In this document: positions 27,026 to 39,309 of the stretch, in pieces
How positions within the stretch are numbered: position 1 is the first letter of the stretch
Layout: each line of letters opens with the position of its first letter
Assembly: GCA_900551105.1 (NCBI GenBank)
Contig: URUT01000002.1
Coordinates: 1 to 61,802, forward strand
DNA: 61,802 nucleotides
Reading direction: 5' to 3'
Source of the DNA: an uncultured Mycoplasmatota bacterium
GTDB lineage: Bacteria > Bacillota_I > Bacilli_A > RF39 > UBA660
Notes under the pieces: model-generated
What the model was told of the DNA's origin: nothing
Database searches by the model: none
What the model saw: only the letters and a program-made list of their open reading frames with translations
Translations under genes and position numbers: made by a program

Positions 27026-28375
27026 ATGGATAAAAATATGTTATGGAATGAAACACTTAATATCTTAAAAAACAAAATGACAGACATTACTTATAATACT
27101 TGGTTTAAAGACACCAAAATGATTGATATAAGTAATGGAAAAATTACCATTCAAGTTCCCATGTTATTTCATATAAAAATCTTAAATGAAAATTATTACG
27201 ATACGATAGAAGAAATATTAAGAAGTATCACTGGAACAACGTATGACATTGAATTTGTGGATAAAGAGCAAATAAAGCCTTTAGAGGTTCTAAATATTGA
27301 AGACGAAGATTACACTAATAATAACTTTAATTCAAATTTAAATCCTAAGTATACATTTGAAAATTTTGTAATAGGGGAGAGCAACAGATTTGCGCAAACC
27401 GTAGCCTTAGCAGTAGCAGAACAACCTGGAAAAATTTATAATCCATTATTTATATACGGAAAAAGCGGTCTAGGAAAAACCCATTTAATGCACGCTATTG
27501 GTAATTATATAGTACAAAACAGTAATAAAAATGTTTTATATGTCACCAGTGAAGAATTTATTTCTGATTTTATTGGTATAAATAAAAAAGAAGAAAATAA
27601 CTACGATGTAGTAAATAGTTTTAAAGAAAAATATCGCAATATAGACGTTTTAATAATAGATGACATTCAATTTTTAGGTGGAGCCGCCAAAACTCAGCAA
27701 GAATTTTTTCACACATTTACTACTTTATATGATTCTAATAAACAGATTATAATTAGTTCTGATAGGTCACCAGATGATTTAAAAGTACTTGAAGAACGAT
27801 TATTAACAAGATTTAGATGGGGACTTACTGTAAGTATTTATCCACCAGATTTTGATTTAAGATGCAAAATATTAAAAGATAAAATGACAGGACATGAAGT
27901 AGCTAAAATGGTTCCAAACGAAGTAATTGAATACATTGCCACAAACTGTGAAAACGATGTTAGACACCTTGAAGGAGCAATAACTAGATTATATGCTTAT
28001 GCCGCAATGATGTGTCCAAAAGAAATAACGCTAGAATTTGCTGTAGACGCCCTAAGAGATTACATTGGTAAATCTATATATATAACTAATGATATTCAGC
28101 GAATACAAAAAGCAGTTGCAGACTACTATAAAATAACAATAGAAGATTTAAAAAGTAAAAAAAGGACTGCAAACATCAATTATCCTCGGCAAATTGCTAT
28201 TTATTTATGTAGAATGACTACTAGTGAAACAATCACAAAAATTGGATTAGAATTTGGTAACCGCGATCATTCAACAGTATTGCATTCTTACGATAAAATA
28301 ACTAATGAAGTTCAAAACGATGAAAACAATATTAGACAAGTTTTAGAAGAAATAAAAAACAAAATTGTTAATTAA
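27026..28375 (+). CDS. dnaA: Chromosomal replication initiator protein DnaA
   Basis: 449 aa with AAA+ 'GKSGLGKTHL', 'IDDIQFL', and domain IV 'HSTVLHSYDKI'. Confidence 0.97.
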   Translation: MDKNMLWNETLNILKNKMTDITYNTWFKDTKMIDISNGKITIQVPMLFHIKILNENYYDTIEEILRSITGTTYDIEFVDKEQIKPLEVLNIEDEDYTNNNFNSNLNPKYTFENFVIGESNRFAQTVALAVAEQPGKIYNPLFIYGKSGLGKTHLMHAIGNYIVQNSNKNVLYVTSEEFISDFIGINKKEENNYDVVNSFKEKYRNIDVLIIDDIQFLGGAAKTQQEFFHTFTTLYDSNKQIIISSDRSPDDLKVLEERLLTRFRWGLTVSIYPPDFDLRCKILKDKMTGHEVAKMVPNEVIEYIATNCENDVRHLEGAITRLYAYAAMMCPKEITLEFAVDALRDYIGKSIYITNDIQRIQKAVADYYKITIEDLKSKKRTANINYPRQIAIYLCRMTTSETITKIGLEFGNRDHSTVLHSYDKITNEVQNDENNIRQVLEEIKNKIVN

Positions 28376-28435
28376 AAAAGTTTTCACCAAAATATAAACA
28401 TTAAATTTTAATTGAATTAGTGGGAAAAAATAAAC

Positions 28436-28480
28436 TTTTCAACATTTTCAACACTAATAATAATAAAAAAATAAAAAGAA
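28436..28480 (+). promoter_or_regulatory. oriC right half: tandem DnaA boxes + DnaA-trio-like TAA repeats + A/T tract (putative unwinding element)
   Basis: TTTTCAACA (28436-28444) abuts TTTTCAACA (28445-28453). One C follows, then TAATAATAATAA (28455-28466), then AAAAAATAAAAAG. Confidence 0.55.
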
Positions 28481-28496
28481 AGAAGGAAATAAAAAA

Positions 28497-29612
28497 ATGA
28501 AATTATTAATTGAAAAAAATACCCTATTAGAAAGTTTAAGTAATGTTATGAGAGCAATTTCACCAAGAAATATTATTCCTATACTAAATGGAGTTTTATT
28601 TGAACTAACAAATGAAGGACTTCATTTAACTGCAAGTGATAGTGACTTAGTAATTAAAAACTTTATTCCAAAAGAGAAAATTAAAAACATAGAAGCCACT
28701 GGTAAAGCAGTAATACAAAGTAAATATCTATTAGATATAATTAGAAAACTACCAAATACTGACATTAATATAGAAGTATTAGAAGATTTAAAAGTTATTA
28801 TTAGTACAGAAAACACTATCTATAACTTAAATTGTTTAAATATAGAAGATTATCCACAAATAAATCTAGATTTAACAGAAAATCCTGTTATTATTGCTAG
28901 TGAAACCTTAAAAAAGATTATTTCTCAAACAATATTTGCAATATCTACACAAGAATCTAGACCATTATTAACAGGAATTAATTTAAAAATAAGTGGAAAC
29001 GTTTTAGAATGTGTTGCTACTGACTCTTACAGACTAGCTAAAAAGAATATCATTTTAGACAAAGAATACGAATCTTATAACATTGTTATTCCTGGTAAAA
29101 ACATTAACGAATTTGATAAATTACTAACCACAGAAGAAAATGTTGAAATCCACTTCTTTACTAACAAAATTTTATTTAAATACAACAACTACCTATTTCA
29201 ATCAAGTCTATTAAATGGAACATATCCAAATACATCAAATTTAATACCTAACGAATTTAGTATTATTTTAACAACATCTTTATCAAATTACTTTGGAGCA
29301 ATAGATAGAGCAGCACTTTTAACTCAAAGTAAAGATAAAAACATCGTTAAAATGGAAACTAAAAATAATGAACTTATAGTTTCATCTTATGCAAGTGAAA
29401 TTGGTAAATCAGAAGAGAATATTTTAGTTGATAAAAATACTGCTGAAGACATAGCAATTTCCTTTAGTTCTAAATATATGTTAGAAGCTCTTAGAACATT
29501 TGAAGATGAAGATTTACTAATTTTATTAAACTCAGATTCAAAGCCAATTGTCTTAAAATCTGTAAAAGATGAGTCTTTAATTCAGTTAATATTACCAATA
29601 AAGACCTATTAA
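28497..29612 (+). CDS. dnaN: DNA polymerase III beta sliding clamp
   Basis: 371 aa with the typical three-domain clamp, 'ATDSYRLA' and 'PIKTY' C-terminus. Confidence 0.95.
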   Translation: MKLLIEKNTLLESLSNVMRAISPRNIIPILNGVLFELTNEGLHLTASDSDLVIKNFIPKEKIKNIEATGKAVIQSKYLLDIIRKLPNTDINIEVLEDLKVIISTENTIYNLNCLNIEDYPQINLDLTENPVIIASETLKKIISQTIFAISTQESRPLLTGINLKISGNVLECVATDSYRLAKKNIILDKEYESYNIVIPGKNINEFDKLLTTEENVEIHFFTNKILFKYNNYLFQSSLLNGTYPNTSNLIPNEFSIILTTSLSNYFGAIDRAALLTQSKDKNIVKMETKNNELIVSSYASEIGKSEENILVDKNTAEDIAISFSSKYMLEALRTFEDEDLLILLNSDSKPIVLKSVKDESLIQLILPIKTY

Positions 29613-29640
29613 AGTGAGAAAAAAATCTCACTTTTTTATT
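29613..29640 (+). terminator. Intrinsic terminator after dnaN
   Basis: AGTGAGA-AAAAAA-TCTCACT followed by TTTTTTATTTTTTT. Confidence 0.75.
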
Positions 29641-29709
29641 TTTTTGTTCATAATTCGACAAATTTCCACAAATTTCGACAAAATTCTTTGATATAAAAAA
29701 GGCAAGGGG

Positions 29710-30162
29710 GTGAAGAAGATCAAAAATTATAATGTTTCTAAAGATACATTAGCGCTTCTTCCAATAGGAAAGAAAAAAACAATTGTGTATGAAAGTCATG
29801 ACTGTTATATGATTGAAGAAAAAGCCACAAAGCTAATGGAATCAAGTTGCAGATTAAATGGAAGCACAATTCAAGGTAGAGCAAAAGGAACTGAAGTATT
29901 AACTGGTTATTCTTATAAAGCACCAATTATGGTAAAAGAAGAAGAAAATCTAATATTTTTTCCTACATGTTCACCAAGATTAAAAGAATGTGCATGGATT
30001 AATTCAACAAACATATCCAGTATTCACAAGAAAAATGACAAATGTGTAGTTGAATTTTTAAATAATGAAGTACTAGAATTAGATGTATCTTACAACATAA
30101 TAAATAATCAATTAAGTAAATCATTATTATTAGAGAAAAAATTTAAAAAAAGAGACAAATAA
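29710..30162 (+). CDS. comK: ComK-family competence transcription factor
   Basis: 150 aa. Three blocks align with B. subtilis ComK: 'SSCRLNGSTIQGRAKGT' with SCRFFGSSYAGRKAGT, 'YKAPIMV' with HKPPIMV, and 'IFFPTCSPRLKECAWIN' with FLFPTLSSTRPQCGWIS. GTG start after AAGGGGG. Confidence 0.8.
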   Translation: MKKIKNYNVSKDTLALLPIGKKKTIVYESHDCYMIEEKATKLMESSCRLNGSTIQGRAKGTEVLTGYSYKAPIMVKEEENLIFFPTCSPRLKECAWINSTNISSIHKKNDKCVVEFLNNEVLELDVSYNIINNQLSKSLLLEKKFKKRDK

Positions 30163-30176
30163 TTGTCTTTTTTCTT
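30153..30176 (+). terminator. Intrinsic terminator after comK
   Basis: AGACAA-ATAA-TTGTCT followed by TTTTTTC. It overlaps the stop codon. Confidence 0.6.
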
Positions 30177-30270
30177 TTAAAAAAGCGTTATTTTATGATA
30201 TAATGTTTTTAGGTATAGGAGTACGTATAAACCTATTTTGTTTATTATTAATTCTAAAAGAGGGCAAAAA

Positions 30271-33274
<3,004 letters not shown>

Positions 33275-33283
33275 GAGGATAGC

Positions 33284-35761
33284 ATGGATCATAGTAGAGA
33301 TAGATTAGAAGAAAATAACATAGTAAATGAAGTAAAAACATCATTTCTAGAATATTCAATGAGTGTAATTGTATCAAGAGCATTACCAGACTTAAGAGAT
33401 GGTTTAAAACCAGTTCATAGAAGAATTCTTTATTCAATGTATGAATCTGGTTACACTCCAGACAAACCACATAAAAAAAGTGCTAGAATAGTCGGAGATG
33501 TAATGGGAAAATATCACCCACACGGAGATTCAAGTATATATGAAGCTATGGTAAGAATGGCTCAAGACTTCAGTTATAGATATATGTTAGTAGATGGCCA
33601 TGGTAACTTCGGAAATATTGAAGGTTACGGCGCTGCAGCAATGAGATACACAGAATCAAGACTATCAAAAATATCACTAGAATTATTAAGAGATATCAGA
33701 AAAGATACCGTAAATTTTACTCCAAACTTTGATGAAAGTGAAAAAGAACCATCAGTATTACCATCAAGATTTCCAAATATTTTAGTAAATGGAACAATGG
33801 GTATCGCAGTCGGAATGGCTACAAATATACCACCTCATAACTTAGGAGAAGTAATAGATGGCTGTGTAGCATACATAGATAATCCAGAAATTGATGTATT
33901 AGGTTTAATGCAACACATTAAGGGTCCAGATTTCCCAACTGGCGGAATTATCCTAGGAAATAGCGGAATAAAACAAGCTTACGAAACAGGTAAAGGAACA
34001 ATCACAATAAGAAGTAAAGCTCAAATAGAAGAGAAAAACGGTAAACATTACATAATAATTGATGAAGTACCATATGGGGTTAATACATCAGAATTAAAAA
34101 ACAAAGTTGCAGAGTTAGTTCATAATAAAACAATAGAAGGTATTTCTGATTACCATACAGACTTAAAAGAAGGCATAAAGATAACAATTACCTTAAAAAA
34201 GGATGCAAATGCACAAGTAGTATTAAATAAGCTATATAAGCATACTCAATTTCAAACAAATTATGGAATAACATTCTTGATGTTGGATAACGGAGTACCT
34301 AAAACCCTGGGATTAAAAGATATTATATCTAAATACATAGATTATCAAAAAGAAATTATCATAAGAAGAACAAAATTTGACTTAGATAAAGCAGAAAAAC
34401 AAGTACACATATTAGAAGGTCTAAAAATCGCTTTAGATAATATAGATGCAGTAATAAAAACAATAAAAGAATCAAAAAATGATGACAATGCTAAAGAAGC
34501 ATTAATGAAAAAATTTGGATTAACACTAATTCAAGCTGAAGCAATTCTAGAAATGAAATTAAGAAGACTTACAGGCCTAGAAAGAGATAAAGTAGAAGCT
34601 GAATTAGCCGCATTATTAAAGCAAATAGCCGAATTAAAATCAATTTTAGCAAGCGAAGAAAAAGTATTATCTATAATCAAACAAGAATTACTAGAAATTA
34701 AAGCAAAATACGGTGATGAAAGAAAAACATCAATAGATATGACCGCAATTGACTACATAGAAGATGAATCATTAATACCCGAAGAAGATATAATAATTAC
34801 AGTAACAAAAAATGGTTATATTAAAAGATGTACCTCAGACACTTACAAGCTTCAAAATAGAGGTGGCGTAGGTGTAAAGGGAATGTCAACCAATGATGAA
34901 GATTTTGTGGAATACTTGCTAAATCTATCTACACATGACTATATATTAATATTTACTAATAAAGGTAAGGTATATCGTTTAAAGGGATATGAAATTCCTG
35001 AGTTTAGTCGCCAATCTAAAGGATTACCAATAATTAATTTATTGCCTGTGGAAAAAGATGAAAAAATAAGTAATATAATAAAATTAAATGTGAAAAACAA
35101 AGAAAAATACCTAATTTTAGCTACTAAACAAGGATTAATAAAACGAACAAACTTAGAAGAATTTGATAGTATAAGATCCACTGGAAAAATTTGTATAAAA
35201 CTTAAAGACAATGATGAATTAATTGGTGTAAAAAAGACAAACGGTGATTCAAATATACTACTTGCGTCATCAACTGGTCGTATGAATGTATTTAATGAAA
35301 ATGAAATTAGAGTTATGGGTAGAACAGCTTCAGGAGTAAAAGGAATTAATTTAGGTGATGCATCATGTGTAAGTATGGAAAATGTGGAAGACTCTGATAA
35401 TATTTTGATAGTAACAGAAAATGGTTATGGTAAAAAAACACTAATTTCTGAATATAGAAAAACAAAACGTGGTAGTAAAGGTGTAAAAGCCCTTAATATT
35501 ACCGAAAAAAATGGTAATATAGCTAGTATAAAGAAGGTAAAAGATGACAATGACCTAATGATAATTACAAATCAAGGAATAATTATTCGTTTACCTTTAG
35601 ATCAAGTATCTCAACTTGGAAGAGTAACGCAAGGAACTAGATTAATTAATTTAAAAGAAAATCAGAAAGTTTCATCTGTAAGCTTAATATTAAAAGAAAA
35701 AAATGATGTAGATTCTACTCAAGCAGAAGAAACCACAAATGAAATTAAAGAGCAACAATAG
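33284..35761 (+). CDS. gyrA: DNA gyrase subunit A
   Basis: 825 aa with '[12 protein letters not shown]', QRDR '[17 protein letters not shown]', the active-site 'AAMRYTE' and a C-terminal beta-pinwheel. Confidence 0.97.
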   Translation: MDHSRDRLEENNIVNEVKTSFLEYSMSVIVSRALPDLRDGLKPVHRRILYSMYESGYTPDKPHKKSARIVGDVMGKYHPHGDSSIYEAMVRMAQDFSYRYMLVDGHGNFGNIEGYGAAAMRYTESRLSKISLELLRDIRKDTVNFTPNFDESEKEPSVLPSRFPNILVNGTMGIAVGMATNIPPHNLGEVIDGCVAYIDNPEIDVLGLMQHIKGPDFPTGGIILGNSGIKQAYETGKGTITIRSKAQIEEKNGKHYIIIDEVPYGVNTSELKNKVAELVHNKTIEGISDYHTDLKEGIKITITLKKDANAQVVLNKLYKHTQFQTNYGITFLMLDNGVPKTLGLKDIISKYIDYQKEIIIRRTKFDLDKAEKQVHILEGLKIALDNIDAVIKTIKESKNDDNAKEALMKKFGLTLIQAEAILEMKLRRLTGLERDKVEAELAALLKQIAELKSILASEEKVLSIIKQELLEIKAKYGDERKTSIDMTAIDYIEDESLIPEEDIIITVTKNGYIKRCTSDTYKLQNRGGVGVKGMSTNDEDFVEYLLNLSTHDYILIFTNKGKVYRLKGYEIPEFSRQSKGLPIINLLPVEKDEKISNIIKLNVKNKEKYLILATKQGLIKRTNLEEFDSIRSTGKICIKLKDNDELIGVKKTNGDSNILLASSTGRMNVFNENEIRVMGRTASGVKGINLGDASCVSMENVEDSDNILIVTENGYGKKTLISEYRKTKRGSKGVKALNITEKNGNIASIKKVKDDNDLMIITNQGIIIRLPLDQVSQLGRVTQGTRLINLKENQKVSSVSLILKEKNDVDSTQAEETTNEIKEQQ

Positions 35762-35775
35762 TTGTTCTTTTTTTA

Positions 35776-35791
35776 TGTTTCACGTGAAACC
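35776..35791. other. parS site 1 (15/16 match)
   Basis: TGTTTCACGTGAAACC versus the Firmicute parS consensus TGTTNCACGTGAAACA. It lies 15 nt after the gyrA stop. Confidence 0.8.
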
Positions 35792-35813
35792 TTGCTCTTA
35801 AAATATAAAGAAA

Positions 35814-35839
35814 TTATCCACAATGTTTCACGTGAAACA
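35814..35839. other. Perfect DnaA box fused to perfect parS (site 2)
   Basis: TTATCCACA (35814-35822), one A, then TGTTTCACGTGAAACA (35824-35839). Confidence 0.85.
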
Positions 35840-35935
35840 TATATTAATTTATAAATAATAAAATAAGTATTAAAAATAATATAAATTTTAACTCATAGTA
35901 AATAAATTTATAAAGTTATAATTCTTAGATAAAAA

Positions 35936-35961
35936 ATATCCACAATGTTTCACGTGAAACA
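35936..35961. other. Near-perfect DnaA box fused to perfect parS (site 3)
   Basis: ATATCCACA (35936-35944), one A, then TGTTTCACGTGAAACA (35946-35961). The 26 bp at 35937-35962 are identical to 35815-35840. Confidence 0.85.
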
Positions 35962-35994
35962 TTGTAATAAAAAAATATATATGTTATTATTATC

Positions 35995-36070
35995 TCGTGC
36001 AATATTTATGCGATAAACTGGTCAGATTCGGAAGAAAGCAGCCACATTTGCCTCTAAATATGTGCACTTT
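35995..36070 (+). ncRNA. ffs: Small (4.5S-type) signal recognition particle RNA
   Basis: The domain IV core CUGGUCAGAUUCGGAAGAAAGCAGCCA matches the GGUCAGGUCCGGAAGGAAGCAGCC consensus. A closing helix GUGCA..AUAUUUA / UAAAUAU..GUGCAC is followed by a U7 run. An upstream promoter reads TTGTAA, 17 nt, TATTAT. Confidence 0.8.
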
Positions 36071-36086
36071 TTTTAAGGAATAAATT

Positions 36087-36521
36087 ATGGAAGATAAATA
36101 TCTAGAAACACTAATAAAATTATCTAAAAAAGCTGCTAAAAAAAATGATGTTCCAGTAGCTGCATTAATAGTAGATAATCAAACAGGAAAAATTATATCT
36201 AAAGCCTACAACACAAGAAATATAACTCAAAAAACATTAAATCATGCAGAAATAATTGCAATTCAAAAAGCAAACAAAAAAATATCATTATGGAGGCTGA
36301 ACAAATGTACGCTATATGTCACGATAGAACCATGTGAAATGTGTAAGGCAATAATTAAAGAAAGCAGAATCTCACAAGTATATTATTTACTAGAAAAACC
36401 GGTAACAAAACAGCAATATAATAAAGTGAAATTTACTAAAATTCAGCATCAAAATGAATACTTAAAAAAATATCAAAAAATAGTTGATAATTTTTGGAAA
36501 AAACTACGTAAAATGATATAA
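36087..36521 (+). CDS. tadA: tRNA-specific adenosine deaminase
   Basis: 144 aa with CDA zinc motifs 'HAEIIAI' and 'PCEMC'. Confidence 0.85.
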   Translation: MEDKYLETLIKLSKKAAKKNDVPVAALIVDNQTGKIISKAYNTRNITQKTLNHAEIIAIQKANKKISLWRLNKCTLYVTIEPCEMCKAIIKESRISQVYYLLEKPVTKQQYNKVKFTKIQHQNEYLKKYQKIVDNFWKKLRKMI

Positions 36522-36540
36522 TAAAGACATGGAGGAAAAA

Positions 36541-38166
36541 ATGGCATATAAAGTACTATATAGAAAATATCGTCCTCAAGACTTTAATGACTTATGCGGT
36601 CAAGAAGCTATAAAAAATATACTTGTAGACAGCATAAAAAATGATAAAATCGCACATGCATACTGCTTTAGTGGTCCAAGAGGAACCGGAAAAACATCAA
36701 CTGCAAAATTATTTGCAAAAGCAATTAATTGCGAACATTCGGTAGATGGAATTCCTTGTGGACAATGTCAATCATGTTTAAATTTTAATGAAAACCCAGA
36801 TATCATAGAAATAGATGCAGCATCAAATAATGGGGTTGATGAAATAAGAGAATTGAGAGACAACGTAAAAATTCTTCCGACATTCAGCAAATATAAAATT
36901 TATATTATAGACGAAGTACACATGCTATCACAAAGTGCATGGAACGCATTTTTAAAAACTCTAGAAGAACCACCAAAACATGTAATATTTATACTTGCTA
37001 CAACTGAAATACAAAAAATCCCAATAACAGTATTATCAAGATGTCAAAGATATACGTTTAAAAAAATCACAAAAGATGTAATTAAACAAAGATTACTAAC
37101 AATTTCCAAAGAAGAACAAATAGAAATATCAGACGAAGCTAGCGATTACATAGCAGAACTAGCAGATGGTGGTTTAAGAGATGCCTTAGGATATTTGGAT
37201 CAATTATCAAAAGAAAACACTAAAATAACAGTTAAAACAATTCAAGAATGCTTTGGATTAATAGGAAATGACACTATTGAAAATATATTTAAATTTTTAA
37301 ATAATAGCGAACTGGACGAAATAATAAATATATTTAATGAAATAGAAAGTCAAGGATTAGATGTTAATTTAATTATTTCAAAAATAATAGATTTTCTTTA
37401 TAAAGAAGAAATTAACATTATAAATAAAAAAAATGTAATATTAACTAATTATAGTTTAGAAACTATCAAAAAATTATCCTTTGATATCTCTAATTGTTAT
37501 TTAAAAAAAGAAGGATTAAAATTGATTGAAGTAACTATATTAAGTTATATTTCCCAGCATGAAATCAAGGAAAAAATTATTTCCCGGGAAATAATTTCTA
37601 ACAGCGAAGAACTAAAAACATCAAAAACAACTGAAATCAAAAATTCAAAACAAGAAGAAGATGACTTTCAAACTTTAGAAAAAGAAAATAAATCAAACTT
37701 AATAAACAAAACAAATAATTCACTAGATGAACTAAAAAAAATTCGTTCCAATAATTCATTTGTAGGCGCAAGTAAAACTTATAAAGAACAATTTAGCAAT
37801 ATTTGGGAAGAATTAAAAAAGAAATTAAAATTTTCTAATATAGATTTATATTCAATAATTGAAGATGTAAATATTGAAGTAGCCTCAAATATAAATGTTT
37901 TATTTTCACATCCATCTATATCTGGTACGATAATTTTTAATAGTAACCTAGAACATATTGAACAAGAATTAAAAAACAAATTTGAAAAAGATTATAAAAT
38001 AATATGTTTATCATCGGAAGAATGGATAGAAACAAAAAATAATTTTATTAAAAATAAAAATAAAATTTACGAATATATTCCAGAAACAACAGAGCCAGAA
38101 GAAAAAAATACAGAAAAAAATGATGCAATGGAAATATTTGGTGAAGAATTAGTTGAAATAAAGTAA
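36541..38166 (+). CDS. dnaX: DNA polymerase III subunit gamma/tau
   Basis: 'LYRKYRPQ', 'GPRGTGKTS', zinc module 'CGQCQSC', 'DEVHMLS' and 'SRCQRY'. I prefer the ATG at 36541 (GGAGG upstream). Confidence 0.93.
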   Translation: MAYKVLYRKYRPQDFNDLCGQEAIKNILVDSIKNDKIAHAYCFSGPRGTGKTSTAKLFAKAINCEHSVDGIPCGQCQSCLNFNENPDIIEIDAASNNGVDEIRELRDNVKILPTFSKYKIYIIDEVHMLSQSAWNAFLKTLEEPPKHVIFILATTEIQKIPITVLSRCQRYTFKKITKDVIKQRLLTISKEEQIEISDEASDYIAELADGGLRDALGYLDQLSKENTKITVKTIQECFGLIGNDTIENIFKFLNNSELDEIINIFNEIESQGLDVNLIISKIIDFLYKEEINIINKKNVILTNYSLETIKKLSFDISNCYLKKEGLKLIEVTILSYISQHEIKEKIISREIISNSEELKTSKTTEIKNSKQEEDDFQTLEKENKSNLINKTNNSLDELKKIRSNNSFVGASKTYKEQFSNIWEELKKKLKFSNIDLYSIIEDVNIEVASNINVLFSHPSISGTIIFNSNLEHIEQELKNKFEKDYKIICLSSEEWIETKNNFIKNKNKIYEYIPETTEPEEKNTEKNDAMEIFGEELVEIK

Positions 38167-38178
38167 GGAGAAAAAAAT

Positions 38179-38478
38179 ATGAATATGCAAAACTTAATGG
38201 CACAAGCCCAAAAAATTCAAAAGGACATTCAAAAAAAACAAGACGAAATCAACTCAATCGTATTTACTACTAAAAACGAATTTGTAGAGGTAGAAATGTA
38301 TGGTTCAAAAAAAATTAAAAAAATCAAAATTTTAAAAGACACACTAAATGATGCAGATGACATAGAAACTTTAGAAGATATGTTACAATTAGCTTTTAAT
38401 GAAAGCGTAACCAAAATAGAACAAGAAAAAGAAAAAAAACTTGGTGCATACGCTAACGGATTAAATGGGTTATTATAA
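38179..38478 (+). CDS. ybaB: YbaB/EbfC nucleoid-associated protein
   Basis: 99 aa ('NMQNLMAQAQKIQKDIQ') in the canonical position between dnaX and recR. Confidence 0.85.
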   Translation: MNMQNLMAQAQKIQKDIQKKQDEINSIVFTTKNEFVEVEMYGSKKIKKIKILKDTLNDADDIETLEDMLQLAFNESVTKIEQEKEKKLGAYANGLNGLL

Positions 38479-39086
38479 TGATTTATCCAAAAGTTCTAGA
38501 AGAATTAATTGAAAGTTTTAAAACACTGCCGGGAATCGGAGATAAATCAGCAGAAAGAATGGCATTAACAATTTTAAAACAAAGTCAAGATGAAATTGAT
38601 CATTTCGCATTAAGCATGCAAAATGCCAAAAAAAAATTACATAATTGCAAAACGTGTGGATTTATAACCGATGAAGAAGAATGCATAATTTGCTCTAATC
38701 CTGTTAGAAATAAAAATAAAATTTGTGTAGTTGAAGATTATAAAAGTGTTTTTATGTTTGAAAAAATGGGAAAATATGATGGTGTTTATCAAGTATTAAA
38801 CGGGCTAATATCACCGATAGATGGTATTGGGCCAGATGATATTAATATTGATGGTCTAATAAAAAAATGTAAAGAGAATAAATCAAAAGATTTAGAAGTG
38901 GTAATTGCATTAAAGCCTTCAATAGAAGGTGAAACAACCATTCAATATATTAATATTTTATTAAAAAAATATAAAGTTAAAGTATCTAGACTTTCTTATG
39001 GAATTCCAGTAGGTACCGAAATAGATTACCTAGATTCATTAACTCTAGAAAGGGCATTTGAAGATAGAAGAAACATATCAGAATAA
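38478..39086 (+). CDS. recR: Recombination protein RecR
   Basis: 202 aa with 'LPGIGDKSAERMA' HhH, a C4 zinc finger and a Toprim domain. Confidence 0.93.
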   Translation: MIYPKVLEELIESFKTLPGIGDKSAERMALTILKQSQDEIDHFALSMQNAKKKLHNCKTCGFITDEEECIICSNPVRNKNKICVVEDYKSVFMFEKMGKYDGVYQVLNGLISPIDGIGPDDINIDGLIKKCKENKSKDLEVVIALKPSIEGETTIQYINILLKKYKVKVSRLSYGIPVGTEIDYLDSLTLERAFEDRRNISE

Positions 39087-39123
39087 TTATTAAAATAAAA
39101 CATAGTATTAATTAGGTGAAAAA

Positions 39124-39303
39124 ATGATAATAAAAATCTTAAAAAAATTATTATTTTCTATATTAATTATATACAGTTTGGATTTAATAATAAGAGGTTT
39201 TAATATAATAATACCAATAAACTATTTTACAGTTCTTACTACGGCAATTCTTGGTCTACCAGGATTAATCACCTTAACGATAAGTTTCATCTTTCTAATA
39301 TAG
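39124..39303 (+). CDS. bofA: Pro-sigma-K processing inhibitor BofA (not in the ORF track)
   Basis: Hand translation gives a 59-aa two-TM protein. 'NIIIPINYFTVLTTAILGLPGLITL' aligns with B. subtilis BofA 'GIHVPINLVTTAISGILGIPGIAAL'. SD AGGTGA is present, and the position downstream of recR is syntenic. Confidence 0.75.
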   Translation: MIIKILKKLLFSILIIYSLDLIIRGFNIIIPINYFTVLTTAILGLPGLITLTISFIFLI

Positions 39304-39309
39304 ATTTAT

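Noticed and set aside
26820-27068. 82-aa + strand ORF upstream of, and overlapping, the dnaA start.
   Set aside because: It lies entirely in the DnaA-box cluster of oriC and overlaps the dnaA SD and start. It has no SD and its sequence is low-complexity.
28224-28231. Isolated GTGAAACA half-sites, considered as extra parS sites: this one inside dnaA, and similar ones near 28909 in dnaN, 54030 and 58475.
   Set aside because: Only the right half of the 16-mer matches and the left halves are unrelated. These are chance octamers.
36541-38166. Programmed frameshift site in dnaX (gamma/tau).
   Set aside because: I saw no A AAA AAG-type slippery heptamer with a downstream stem-loop at the appropriate position, and the mechanism is not expected outside some Proteobacteria/Thermus.
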